Virus record (IMG/VR): IMGVR_UViG_3300015371_000003
Coordinates: 32,001 to 96,000 of that record
DNA length: 64,000 nucleotides
Reading direction: 5' to 3' (one strand)
Origin: a virus
The stretch's first letter is position 1. Every line of letters starts with the position of its first letter. Below are positions 18,101 through 27,055 of the stretch, one piece after another. The notes beneath the pieces were generated by a model, which did no database searches, had not been told where the DNA came from, and was given only the letters and a program-made list of their open reading frames with translations. The position numbers and the translations under genes are program-made.

Positions 18101-18276
18101 CCCTCATGAACTACGTGCCGGAGGATCGGGTGGATGAGATTGTGACGCGCCAACTGGACCAAATGGAATCGTTACCCTTTGAGAAAGTAGGTTGGCAACC
18201 TCAATTGACGTTTGTTGCGGATGCAAGAGTAGGAAAAAATTGGGGGGATATGACGAAATTCAAGAGGAAGAAATGA
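15085..18276 (+). CDS. polA: Family A DNA polymerase with 3'-5' exonuclease and an intein
   Basis: Exo motifs DLET, NFKYD, YAGGD; TGRLS; motif A DYGQGELR; motif B RQLGKAGNFGLCFG; motif C CHDS; probable start ATG 15085 after gggag. Confidence 0.92.
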   Translation: MLTIWTKGLPNKVLQAFSPVLRSVPHLPVHVVSDFTVPAGTKTILALGGDSLKQLQTEKVIAKNRTITAYRTLPQMRGGVPVLISYDSSIGEIDYGYHVDLLTDVTLAIRFCLTGNWKPAYGKYRYVPDFAELCTSIEQQHKATGKPVDVAKDLETLGLDPYALPSLNPLYPGAYIVTMQATHQAGTADVVRFSNREHETERLQDQTLREQIEFLLRCPYVRLKGANFKYDLHWLWKRGGFTCSTFCFDTTIVGSLLDENRSNSLDTHTKIYVPSLGGYADVFNATVDKSRMDQVPPDQLLPYAGGDVDADLQVAAAQKSELLRDKQLTSFYVNILHPAARAFEWVEQGGVLVDLPAFQELKADLEQEHQRLVKEACKIMGGRIVAKHGYMVDPGGFNLTKASMLCDFMFSPMGLNLKPQMYTAKPDKDGIKRPSTAMEHLEMFAEVPEAKAFVEIIREDSGVMKTYNTYVVGFLEHLRSDGRFHPTYYLFVGNRDDGEGGAKTGRLSCKAPAFQCCVGETEVVTNQGSRCIDWLVEQRGAGLHVLSHTGQWQPIVDVHRNGVQPVFRVSTVSGRAIDCTANHPLLTPVGWVRTDQLVVGDRCYVTRTPHATLHESDVLLVERDEESLLVEDIERLVQVWGAWDQSVPSVDDLRRLLEQHGREAGEGMVYRAERRKRELRTGQLLLGDIEGAGQQSSEYQMDYIREQDADRGAVGAGVRDFQRPVALPALDWPSDGASTDEDYPPDRSVFQEDCIVSIEPVGERETFDLTIEGSHSFIANGIAVHNTVPKHTKYAQRIRRCYPAPPGYVVVERDYGQGELRVIACVAHETGMLAVFKAGRDIHADTAAPFSGFTYEKLMALEATDPHTFEETRQLGKAGNFGLCFGMKEDGFVIYARVNYGVNLSWDEAHDFRNGFFKKYPQLLVYHEWAKSYARQHKFIRTPLGRLRHLPLIKSPNREVAAKAERQAINSPIQGCLTDMGLWTIALEQQSGLAEIAPCFGACHDSLMNYVPEDRVDEIVTRQLDQMESLPFEKVGWQPQLTFVADARVGKNWGDMTKFKRKK
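16630..17442 (+). mobile_element. Intein (271 aa) in the DNA polymerase
   Basis: AFQ|CCVGET… block A; TANHPLLT block B; FDLTIEGSHSFIANGIAVHN|T blocks F/G. Removal restores TGRLSCKAPAFQTVP. Confidence 0.92.
16895..17368 (+). CDS. HNH endonuclease nested out of frame inside the intein
   Basis: TYYSWSAMKNRC…YGGRGIKVCPQW..FEGFLNNMGEKP…SIERKDVNGNYEPGNCYWAT..EQ..NRR, a typical phage HNH family pattern, in the +1 frame relative to the polymerase. Confidence 0.8.
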   Translation: MSLGHRTQHYTSPTYYSWSAMKNRCLSKTSKDWSKYGGRGIKVCPQWMTFEGFLNNMGEKPGKGWSIERKDVNGNYEPGNCYWATLKEQGSNRRNTKWITFENKTQTEAQWAREYGISRGRLHYRLSIGLPMEQALMKTTRPTGVSSKKTASFLSNQ

Positions 18277-18662
18277 AGGGCATCCACAGCATGACCTTGG
18301 CAGAGCGAATCATAGCTAAGACTAAAGTGAACGAGAACGGGTGTCGGCTGTGGCAGGAGTCCTTACTGAAGGACGGCTATGCGCTGATTCGGTACAAAGG
18401 GAAAAAAATTACCGTGCATCGGGCGGCGTGGATGGCTTTCAAAGGTCCAATTCCAGACGGCATGTCGGTGTTGCATTCGTGTGATATTCGACATTGCACG
18501 GCTGAGGAGCATTTGTTTTTAGGAACCTATGCTGATAACTCGAAAGATGCTGTGACGAAAGGGAGACAAAAGAATTTATTTCCGAGTGGTGATCTGCATC
18601 CGAATAGGATTAAAAAACTCAAGAAATTGCAGCGGTTGACAAGACTGAGAGAGTTGGGTTAG
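18273..18662 (+). CDS. HNH homing endonuclease
   Basis: CRLWQ…GY…VHRAAWMAFKGPIPDGMSVLHSCD…HLFLGTYADNSKD; ATGA overlap with the polymerase stop; AT-richer DNA. Confidence 0.85.
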   Translation: MKGIHSMTLAERIIAKTKVNENGCRLWQESLLKDGYALIRYKGKKITVHRAAWMAFKGPIPDGMSVLHSCDIRHCTAEEHLFLGTYADNSKDAVTKGRQKNLFPSGDLHPNRIKKLKKLQRLTRLRELG

Positions 18663-18665
18663 ACT
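18636..18665 (+). promoter_or_regulatory. sigma70-type promoter TTGACA-18-TAGACT
   Basis: Same pattern as the other early promoters, followed by the shared TCAATGGAGTGA RBS motif. Confidence 0.6.
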
Positions 18666-18685
18666 AGGTTCCTGTCAATGGAGTG

Positions 18686-20707
18686 ATGATGAAGATACCT
18701 GACGGATTCCGGCCAGTTACGCTTGGTGGAATGCTCTCTCATTTTGAGAAGGCGTCTCCGCAATTGGGGCAAATGCTGGCGGACCATCTCAAGCGGCCTA
18801 TCGAAGATGCCTCTGCCACGATTACGCGGCTTGAGGCAATGGGGTTGGTGCAGTTTGCCATTTCCTCCTCCAATGAACCGTCCATCTTCGTCGCGGCTCC
18901 GGAGCGATTTGTGTCAGCGGAGGATCAAGCCTTCGCGGATGCTCTCGTGACGTTCTGGGATGTGACCGGCAAGTTTGACGACAGGGAGGGGCGGATATCC
19001 TCCATTGAAGCGGCGGGGGGTGAGACACGGATTCTGACACCTGACGGCCCGGTGTCCATTGCCCCTCGTGTGGCTCTGAAGCTGTGGAAGATGGGGCTGC
19101 TTACGGAGGACGCAACCGGACAACTGCGAGCCAAGTCGAAGGCACAGTTGTATGCCGCCACCGAAGAAGTGGGTATTTGCGATTTCTGTTCTGATCCGAA
19201 TCCCACGCACACGGTGCTCCTCCCGAGTTTCGAACTAGTACAGGGCCATCGGAGTGAAGGGGGCTGGCGAGCCTGCGAGACGTGCTACCAGATGGTTCAG
19301 CACGATCAACGCACGGATCTGTTGCGGCGGGCGATTGATTCTCAAGGCGGAGGTCGGTGGGTAGCGGCGTCGATCCAAGGGCTGCACAGGCGGTTCTGGA
19401 AGCAGATGGAACTGAAGGTGGAAGCCGCAGGGATTGGATCGGCCCTACTGACTTTCATTAAGGGGGACATCCAACCGGCCCAACCGTTCATTGATCCCAA
19501 AATGCAGCAACAGGAGGCCCGCAAGGAGGCCATCCGGCGCATGACGGGGTTGTCACAGGACGAAATGACGGCGCTTGAACGAGGCGACGTACTTCACAAG
19601 GAGATTGCTCAGAAGCTGGATACATGGCGGCGGCGGTGGTTGCCCGAGAAGGATGACGGCAATGAGGGCCAGCGAGCACAGGCCATTGCGGAGATGCTGA
19701 ATGCCGCAGGGCGTCCACTCCCCCCGAACCTGCAACCCCATTGGCAGATTGCCTTGGACCGCAAGGTGGAGGCGATGGGGCGGCTGGATAAGCTGGTCAA
19801 GGCGGATGGCGGAGTGTTGCAGTTGGGGCACGGGTTGCTCCATGACATGGAAGAAGACTTGTCGGTTCTGAAGCTGGCCGATGTCTATTCCTTCAACGCC
19901 GACACCATGCACGCGATTCAGGAGGGGGCCAAGACGATTTCCCATGAATCCACCTTGAAGTCGGTGGAGATTCCGACCGTGCGGGCGGGGTGGTTTTGGT
20001 TTGCGGATCCGTTCCCGGTAGCGTCGTCTCCGAATTCATCGGATAACACCCATGCCATGCTCTGGTCGTGGGGTAGGGATTTCAAGGTGCCGACGTTGCG
20101 ATTCTCGTGCTACGTGGTGACGGAGAAGGTGCCCTACAACAGCGACCTTCGCAATACCATCTACCCGTCTACTATCTGGTTGTGGCCGATGGATTTGAAT
20201 TTCCATGAGATGCTGGCGTTCAATCGGCAACTGTACAAGGATAGCTACGGGCCGGGAAGCCCGGATTCTCCCGGTAAGGAGGCCGCAGTCGGGGAGGAAC
20301 CGACGCTGTTGGTGGTGGCGGAGATGAGCCTGTTCTTCCTGATGGCCTGTCTCTGGTTCCGACAGACGGTGCCGGGGAATCCTAAGAAGAAGATCGAACC
20401 TAAGCTCACCCAGACACCCGGTCACATTGAACGGCATGCGCGGAAGCGGTATGAGAAGGCGTTCAAGACCACGCCCACCGTGCATGTGATTGCGCTCCGG
20501 AAGTCGGCGGTGGAGCGGGTGGAGTCGGGAGAGGGGACTGGTAGCAAGCTGAAGGTCCGGTTTGTGGTGCGAGGCCACGCGAAGCTGCAACCGTGTGGTC
20601 CGGGGAGAGCCGATAGAAAGTTGATTTGGATTGATCCGTTCGTCAAGGGGCCGGAGGATGCGCCGTTCAAGGAGTCGGGACCACGGGTATTCGCGGTGAT
20701 CAGATGA
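18686..20707 (+). CDS. Large hypothetical phage protein
   Basis: About 673 aa; CDFC…ACETC Zn motif; C-terminal VRGH…QPCG…RKLIWIDPFVKGP motif. Confidence 0.7.
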   Translation: MMKIPDGFRPVTLGGMLSHFEKASPQLGQMLADHLKRPIEDASATITRLEAMGLVQFAISSSNEPSIFVAAPERFVSAEDQAFADALVTFWDVTGKFDDREGRISSIEAAGGETRILTPDGPVSIAPRVALKLWKMGLLTEDATGQLRAKSKAQLYAATEEVGICDFCSDPNPTHTVLLPSFELVQGHRSEGGWRACETCYQMVQHDQRTDLLRRAIDSQGGGRWVAASIQGLHRRFWKQMELKVEAAGIGSALLTFIKGDIQPAQPFIDPKMQQQEARKEAIRRMTGLSQDEMTALERGDVLHKEIAQKLDTWRRRWLPEKDDGNEGQRAQAIAEMLNAAGRPLPPNLQPHWQIALDRKVEAMGRLDKLVKADGGVLQLGHGLLHDMEEDLSVLKLADVYSFNADTMHAIQEGAKTISHESTLKSVEIPTVRAGWFWFADPFPVASSPNSSDNTHAMLWSWGRDFKVPTLRFSCYVVTEKVPYNSDLRNTIYPSTIWLWPMDLNFHEMLAFNRQLYKDSYGPGSPDSPGKEAAVGEEPTLLVVAEMSLFFLMACLWFRQTVPGNPKKKIEPKLTQTPGHIERHARKRYEKAFKTTPTVHVIALRKSAVERVESGEGTGSKLKVRFVVRGHAKLQPCGPGRADRKLIWIDPFVKGPEDAPFKESGPRVFAVIR

Positions 20708-21000
20708 TGCTTGTGCTCGAAGTGGCAGCAGGCGTATTTCTGGCGTTACTGGCGTGGCGCATACGCCTCTTGTTACTGGTCTTCGTTATGACGGCAGCAG
20801 GGTTGACTTGCTTGGGAGCAACTTTTTGGGCAGTGTTCTTGGCTGAGGGTCAGTGGACCGGATACGCTAAATTGGGGTGGTGGGTGATTTTTTGTGTAGG
20901 GATGTGGTTGATCGGTCCATTCGCGTCGTGCATAGGGGCATGGTGTTATGGGGGATCCCCCCTCAGTGAGTTATATAACGAGAGTAAGTGGGGAGATTGA
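20704..21000 (+). CDS. Small membrane protein
   Basis: 98 aa with about three hydrophobic segments. Confidence 0.55.
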   Translation: MMLVLEVAAGVFLALLAWRIRLLLLVFVMTAAGLTCLGATFWAVFLAEGQWTGYAKLGWWVIFCVGMWLIGPFASCIGAWCYGGSPLSELYNESKWGD

Positions 21001-21001
21001 T

Positions 21002-21265
21002 ATGATTGCTCAGGAGTATCTGAAAACGTTCCCGCTGGCGTGTACGTTCTATCCCCATCTGAACGACGCGGCTCCCTGCGGGCAACCAGCCGTGGCGATC
21101 TACGTCACGGATGATGAGCGGCGGCGAGCCTGTTTCGTCTGCCGGTCGTGCGCGGAGAAGGCGGAGCAGGATGGAGACGGCCCGGTGTTCTGGATGAAGG
21201 AGCGGCCAGCGGAGGCGGAAGCCGGGGACGGGATGGACATGCGGTTGTTCTTGGGAGAGGGGTAG
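21002..21265 (+). CDS. Small Cys-rich hypothetical protein
   Basis: SD gggag; C…CG…CxxC. Confidence 0.5.
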   Translation: MIAQEYLKTFPLACTFYPHLNDAAPCGQPAVAIYVTDDERRRACFVCRSCAEKAEQDGDGPVFWMKERPAEAEAGDGMDMRLFLGEG

Positions 21266-21267
21266 GT

Positions 21268-21462
21268 ATGACACACTACGTGGATTACGATGTGCAAGTG
21301 CCACGTAAAACGATTGTGCAAGCCCTCTGCGGGGAATACGTCAGACGGGATGAAGGTGTGGGTGCTCCAACCTGTCCGAAGTGCCAACGGTTGCTGAAGA
21401 TCCGCGAAGACGAGGATGCGGAAACAGCCCGGAAGTTGGGAGTGATCGATGACCACTCGTGA
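21268..21462 (+). CDS. Small Zn-finger protein (DUF3039-like)
   Basis: THYV…ALCG…PTCPKC. Confidence 0.5.
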   Translation: MTHYVDYDVQVPRKTIVQALCGEYVRRDEGVGAPTCPKCQRLLKIREDEDAETARKLGVIDDHS

Positions 21463-21545
21463 AATTGTCATCATGGTGATCGGCTTTTTCATCGGGTATT
21501 TTATCGGGTGGCGGTTTCTGCGGATCATTCGGTAGGAGGCGGCGA

Positions 21546-21719
21546 ATGGGGTGGCGCATTCGGAGCATGACCAAACGCGATTTCCACGGACGCTCCAAGT
21601 ACTGGTCCTTCAGCGTAGGCTGGACGTGGTTGGAACATGCGGACGTGTTCACGAACTATGATCGGGAGCACATGCTGTTGCCGCCCGATGGCGTGTGGGA
21701 GGAAGTGCAGGACTACTAG
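21546..21719 (+). CDS. Small hypothetical protein
   Basis: SD aggagg then ATG; 57 aa, Trp-rich (below the ORF-track cutoff). Confidence 0.4.
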   Translation: MGWRIRSMTKRDFHGRSKYWSFSVGWTWLEHADVFTNYDREHMLLPPDGVWEEVQDY

Positions 21720-21784
21720 TTTATCAAGAGGCCACTGATGATAGTGGCCTATCTTTTTTCTCAGACCCACCCCCCAACTCTCCG

Positions 21785-21814
21785 TTGCAATTGAGTGCAG
21801 CAGTCCCGTATACT
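21785..21814 (+). promoter_or_regulatory. Portal-operon promoter TTGCAA-18-TATACT overlapping a TGCA-N6-TGCA box
   Basis: TTGCAATTGAGTGCAG…TATACT upstream of the portal gene. Confidence 0.5.
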
Positions 21815-21859
21815 GGTGTCCGTCTGAACTACAACCGATTGATTTGACAAGAGGGCCGT

Positions 21860-23854
21860 ATGCTCAAGTTGACGGACGGCACGCCCCCCAAAGACACTCC
21901 TGAATCCAAGATTACCTTCATCCAGAAGGTGATCAAGGGTGAAACGTGGATGGTGATGGCGCACTCCGCCGTCGAATTAGAGGATGAGTTTTCCAGCCTC
22001 TATTACACGGCAGGGCAGCAGAACAACCTGTTCCTGATGCCCCCGTTCGAACCCAACGTCCTCCTGAACCTCGTCCAGACCAACAACATCCTCAACCAGT
22101 GCATCGAAGCGATGGAAGTGAACATCGATGGCACCGGGCATGAGTTTATTCCGGCGAAGGATAAAGCCTCCGACAAGTCCGCAGGAAAGCCGGGAGCCGA
22201 GGACAACGCTCCGGCACAGTCAGGCATTCCTCCGCCGACATCTTTTGGCAGCATCCGCAAACAGGATGCGACGGCGGATGACATCGATGAGGAGGAGAAG
22301 AAAGTAGCGGAGGGATTCTTCAAAGAACCCTATCCGAACACCTCGTTTGTGTCGATACGCCGGAGAATGCGGCGGCAGATGGAATCGGTGGGCTATGCGT
22401 TCCTCGAAGTACTCCGCAATGTGGCCGGGGACGTAGTAGCTATCCGGAACATTGAAACGCAGCATGTTCGCATGGTGAAGCTGGATGCCCCCATTCAGGT
22501 GAAGAAGAAGATTGAGCGGGACGGGAAAGTCGTGGAACTGGTGCTCTGGGAGCGGGAGCGACGATTTGCACAGACGGTGGCCCTGAAGCAGCAGGTGTAC
22601 TACCGGGAGTATGGGTCCACCCGTGAAATCAACCGGGAAACGGGGGATTGGGAGACGGACACCGAGAAGGTACCGCCGGAGAAGCGGGGATCAGAACTGC
22701 TGATGTTTGGGATCAATCCGGACGTGACCACCCCGTACTTCCTCCCCCGGTGGATCAACGAGTTACCCTCCGTCATCGGTTCCCGAGCGGCGGAGGAACA
22801 GAACCTGCAATTTCTGGATGCGGGTGGTCTGCCTCCGGCCATCGTATTTATCCAAGGCGGCACACTCATCAAGGACACCTCCGACCAACTCCGCATGTAT
22901 TTGTCTGGCCTGAACAAGAACAAGAACCGGGCGGTGGTCGTGGAGGTGCAATCCTCCAGTGGATCACTGGATGCGGCGGGCAAGGTGGATGTGAAAGTCG
23001 AGCGATTCGGTTCTGCCCAATCCCAAGACGCGATGTTCACCAACTACGATGAATCCACCGAGGAGCACGTGCGGATCGGCTTCCGGTTGCCCAAGATTTT
23101 TCTGGGGCGGGAGGAATCCTACAACTTTGCGACGGCACAAGTGGCCTACATGATTGCGGAGGCCCAAGTCTTTGGTCCGGAGCGGGAGGAGTTTGACAAG
23201 ATCATCAACAAGACGATCATCAAGGAACTGAAGCTCAAGACACTGGAATTCAAGTCCAAGCCCATTACCTTGAAGGATGTCACGTCGATTCTGACGGCTC
23301 TGGAATTGTCGGCACCGATGGCAACGCGGGAATCCTTCCTGAAGGAAGTGAATACGTCGGTGGGCACGTCGTTGGAACTGGCGGAAGTCCCGGCCCCGAA
23401 TGTGGCCCCCGGTCAAACGCCGTTGCCGAATACGCGGACCATCGATGAGATGCACCACGGTGAACTGCCCGCGTCTACCCAAACTCCGCAGATGACGGCT
23501 CCGCAACAGGAACCCAAGCCCGAGCCACCACCGAAGGAGACACACGTCATCCTGAAACCGGGGGATGAGATGCACCCAGTGCCCGCCAAGGATGAGACGA
23601 TTCGGGCTAAGCCGAAGGAGAAGAAGGCGGCGAGTGACATCCTGACGCTAGCGCAGGATTACGCCATCTATCAGGGGTTGATGCCCCAACTGGCGATCAA
23701 GCAGGAGTTGACCAAAGAGCGAGCGGATGCTATCAACGAGGAGCTAGACACGCTCCACCCGGATGATGTGCGTGTGTTCAACAGCCTGCTGGCGATGATG
23801 GTGTTTGGATCGGATGACGCGGATCTGTCCTCCGTGATTGCCGCCACCCGGTAA
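21860..23854 (+). CDS. Portal protein (PBSX/XkdE-like)
   Basis: PPFEP..L…CIEAMEVNIDG.G; GYAFLEVLRN..G; YFLPRW…QNLQFLDAGGLPP; QDAMF…IGFRLPKIFLG…YNFATA; first gene of the head module. Confidence 0.85.
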   Translation: MLKLTDGTPPKDTPESKITFIQKVIKGETWMVMAHSAVELEDEFSSLYYTAGQQNNLFLMPPFEPNVLLNLVQTNNILNQCIEAMEVNIDGTGHEFIPAKDKASDKSAGKPGAEDNAPAQSGIPPPTSFGSIRKQDATADDIDEEEKKVAEGFFKEPYPNTSFVSIRRRMRRQMESVGYAFLEVLRNVAGDVVAIRNIETQHVRMVKLDAPIQVKKKIERDGKVVELVLWERERRFAQTVALKQQVYYREYGSTREINRETGDWETDTEKVPPEKRGSELLMFGINPDVTTPYFLPRWINELPSVIGSRAAEEQNLQFLDAGGLPPAIVFIQGGTLIKDTSDQLRMYLSGLNKNKNRAVVVEVQSSSGSLDAAGKVDVKVERFGSAQSQDAMFTNYDESTEEHVRIGFRLPKIFLGREESYNFATAQVAYMIAEAQVFGPEREEFDKIINKTIIKELKLKTLEFKSKPITLKDVTSILTALELSAPMATRESFLKEVNTSVGTSLELAEVPAPNVAPGQTPLPNTRTIDEMHHGELPASTQTPQMTAPQQEPKPEPPPKETHVILKPGDEMHPVPAKDETIRAKPKEKKAASDILTLAQDYAIYQGLMPQLAIKQELTKERADAINEELDTLHPDDVRVFNSLLAMMVFGSDDADLSSVIAATR

Positions 23855-23856
23855 GA

Positions 23857-25373
23857 TGCCGACGCTCGATCTGCGGACGTATGTGCTGTTGGAGCGGGCC
23901 TTTGTCCGGAGGCTCCAACGGTCATGGCGGCAGCAGTCGGCTCCGCTGTACGCGAAGATTGCCCAAGCCTGCAACGACCACAAATGGGATGAAGCCCGCC
24001 GTCTTGTCACCGATCTGGACATGACGGAGGTCGGCACCGAGAACCGCGAGTGGATCACGTACATGCTCCGGTCGTGTGCCGTCTTCGGAGCCGGTACCGT
24101 CTCCAAGAAGAAACCGAGTTTCGTGGGCGTGGGCAGCTTCGATACCTTCCTGAAGCAGACCACGAACAATTTCCTGCAATACCTCGAATTGACCGCCACC
24201 GCTCAGATCCAAGCGGAAGCGTTGCAATCAATTGCCGAAGATGAGGCTAAGACCAAAGCCGCGATGTTGAAGGCGGCATGGGATGAATCCCAACACCCCC
24301 GTGACAAGGAAGGACAGTTCACGGAGGCCGGGGCCGGAACGGAGGCCAAGTCGGGGGATCCCGAAGGCAGTGGCCCCGCCCGTGTGGAATGGAACAAGCG
24401 CAACAAGGCGGTGATGGAAGCGACTGATGTCTATATTGACACCAGAGAAGCCCATCGAGCTTTAGTGGAGCGATTGAACGCTGAATATCAGGCGGAAACC
24501 CCGATGGGGTATCCAGAGGCCGGGTATGCGGCGTACAAGAAATCCCAAGCCACATTGGAGCAGGCCAACCAAGCGTTGGCACAGGCCGAAACTGCGCTGA
24601 AGCAACAAGAACCGCTGATGCGGAAGGAAATCGTCCAGAATCTGGCGACAGACGTAGCCAGTGATTTGGGCGTTGATCCACGTTTGATTGACGTGGTGGA
24701 CGAAGCTCCGCATCCGTTTACGGTTGGAGATAAGCAATTTACCGAGGCGGGGCACTACGATCCGACTACCAAACGCATTCAGTTGAATTCCAACAATATC
24801 TCGTATGCGAATGCCCCCGGAGTCAAGGGGGTGGTAGCCCATGAAATTTCTCATGCGATCTATCACCAGTTGAAGATTGCGGCGGAGGAGGAATTTCAAC
24901 GGTATCTCGTCAAAGCTACGACCGAGGATGCCTATACCCCGTGGTTTCATGAGCGGTTTACCACCGATCCCCATAAAATTGGCCGTCAGGTGAAGCCCGA
25001 GTACGCCAAGGAAATGGCCGAGGAATTTCCGGCGTCTACCGTGCTGGCCCGGTTGAGTGGGGGAGATATTTTCTCCGGTATCACTGATGAGATGATTGCT
25101 GAAAATGGGCATAGTCGGTATGCCAAATCGTACTGGGCCGCTGAAGCCGAGAAACGGATAGGGCTGCGGAATTACCGTAACGCCATCAATGAAACGATAG
25201 CCGAGATTACGCGGTGGTTGGCCTACCCCCGGTCATGGGAGGAGGAGAAGCCACCGGATCTGGATTCTCCGTGGGTCAAGTTGACAGAATCCATGTTGGG
25301 ATGGCATCAACGACAGCAAGCTGAACAGGCGAGGCAGTTTGCCGCGTCTTTGGCGTCGGGGTTCCGAGCATGA
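23857..25373 (+). CDS. MuF N-terminal half + tag + zincin (HExxH) metallopeptidase-like domain
   Basis: Helical head-morphogenesis-like N-terminus right after portal; LKAAWDESQHPRDKEGQF; VAHEISHAI…NETIAE. Confidence 0.6.
24279..24326 (+). repeat. Peptide-coding tag repeat WDESQHPRDKEGQFTE
   Basis: Near-identical peptide at 25550 and 27195, with mostly synonymous DNA differences. Confidence 0.8.
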
Positions 25374-27055
25374 TCCTGCCTGAACCTATCACCCTCAACG
25401 GTCGGACGGGTACCGTCGCCTATCTGGACGCGCAGTGGCATCCAGTCCCGGCGGATCAGGCGACGATGGCGCGAGTCCTGTTCGATGATGGGGGGACTGG
25501 TTTCTTTCAGGTGCAACCGATTGCCAAATCCACTGAAGATGCGGTAAAATGGGATGAGTCCAAACACCCCCGCGATAAAGAGGGGCAATTTACCGAAGGA
25601 GTCGGAGATGGACGAAGTGGTAAGACAACCCCGGAATCTGACAGAGGAGCAGGAGGCAGCGGAGGAGTTGGCGTATCGACGCCCCCCAAAGGGGTGGAAG
25701 CCGCAGGTCAAAAACGCCCCCCCGCCGTCCCCGAAGTCCAAGCCGTAGCGCGGGCGTATAACGCGCAGCACGGACTGCCCCCGGTCGAGCACGGCTATGC
25801 GACGGTGAATGAGGCCCGAGCAGGGGCCATTGCCGATGCCTATGACGCGCTTCCGGTGGATGATACGGATAATCCAGCGGTGCGGGAGGCGTATGCGGCC
25901 CTGAGTCGAGAGATTCAGGAGCAGTGGGATTTCATCACCTCTCACGGGGTGACGTTCGAACCGTGGACTGGAGAGGGACAGCCGTATCAGAATTCGCCGG
26001 AGATGGTGGCGGACATTCAGAAGAACCACCACCTGTATTTCTTCACGGGTGGGGAGCCGCATCCGTTGTTGGGGGCGATTGATCCGGCGACGGGGCTGTC
26101 CATGAACGACAAACTGCGAGCAGTCCATGACTACTTTGGGCATGCCGCAGGCGGCTATGGATTCGGAGCGAGAGGCGAGGAGAATGCGTGGCGGGCGCAT
26201 TCCCAGATGTTCAGCGCCCAAGCGAGACGGGCGATGACGACGGAGACACGCGGGCAGAATTCGTGGGTGAATTTCGGGCGACAGAACTACACGCCTGAGG
26301 GCATCTACAAGAATATTCCCGCCGCCGAGCGTCCGTATGCGGTGCAGAAGGTGGCGATTCTCCCCGATGTGTACGTGGTCTTGGAGCATGGTGGAGTCCT
26401 GAAATGGGAGGAGTCACAGCATCCACGGGTGCCGGGAGGGGAGCATGGCGGAGAGTTTACGCGAGTCGCCATTACGAGTCAGCGACCGGCGGATGACCCC
26501 GGCCATCAGACCAATCGGGAAGTGTTTGAGCACATGCGCGTGTTTGCAGGCCGATTGGCAGCCATCCCCGGCGTGACCAACGTGTCGGTGAAGCCCGGAG
26601 TCGGGGGGTGGGACGGCGGAGCCGAATCGATGTGGCAAGTGTTCTATCGGGGGAATGGTGAAGCTACGCGGTTGGTGGCGATGACGGCCAAGCACTTCAA
26701 TCAGGATGCGGTGTTGATCCTTAAGAAGTGTCAGGGTGGAGCGGATTGTCAGCCCGCTACGGAATTGCATTTCTCCAAGGGGATTGGCGGGAAGGTTCGT
26801 GTGGGCGTCGAGAAAGTACTGGTTGAGCATAAGATTAAGGGCTGGACGTGGATGAAGCGCGACGGACGGACCATTCTTCGAATGGTGGCGATTCCCGAAG
26901 AAGGGGATGATCCGGTCACGCATCAGCAGACGACAGCGGTGATTAGTCAGCAGTTGCGGGATAAGGGCTTGATGAACAAACGGCACGTGCAAAAGGTGGC
27001 CGTGAGTATGATGCGGCGTGAAGGACCAAACAGTTATGACCGAATCCTTGGATAA
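25370..27055 (+). CDS. Tagged two-module cargo protein (HDxxGH…EE zincin-like domain plus unknown domain)
   Basis: AVKWDESKHPRDKEGQF; RAVHDYFGH…GEENAW…TETRGQNSWVNFG; second tag VLKWEESQHPR…GGEF. Confidence 0.65.
   Translation: MILPEPITLNGRTGTVAYLDAQWHPVPADQATMARVLFDDGGTGFFQVQPIAKSTEDAVKWDESKHPRDKEGQFTEGVGDGRSGKTTPESDRGAGGSGGVGVSTPPKGVEAAGQKRPPAVPEVQAVARAYNAQHGLPPVEHGYATVNEARAGAIADAYDALPVDDTDNPAVREAYAALSREIQEQWDFITSHGVTFEPWTGEGQPYQNSPEMVADIQKNHHLYFFTGGEPHPLLGAIDPATGLSMNDKLRAVHDYFGHAAGGYGFGARGEENAWRAHSQMFSAQARRAMTTETRGQNSWVNFGRQNYTPEGIYKNIPAAERPYAVQKVAILPDVYVVLEHGGVLKWEESQHPRVPGGEHGGEFTRVAITSQRPADDPGHQTNREVFEHMRVFAGRLAAIPGVTNVSVKPGVGGWDGGAESMWQVFYRGNGEATRLVAMTAKHFNQDAVLILKKCQGGADCQPATELHFSKGIGGKVRVGVEKVLVEHKIKGWTWMKRDGRTILRMVAIPEEGDDPVTHQQTTAVISQQLRDKGLMNKRHVQKVAVSMMRREGPNSYDRILG
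25547..25597 (+). repeat. Tag repeat KWDESKHPRDKEGQFTE
   Basis: See 24279. Confidence 0.8.

Noticed and set aside
24221-24236. TGCAATCAATTGCC boxes inside coding regions (also about 54392)
   Set aside because: They are mid-gene, encode LQSIA in both cases and have no nearby start, so they are likely coincidental.
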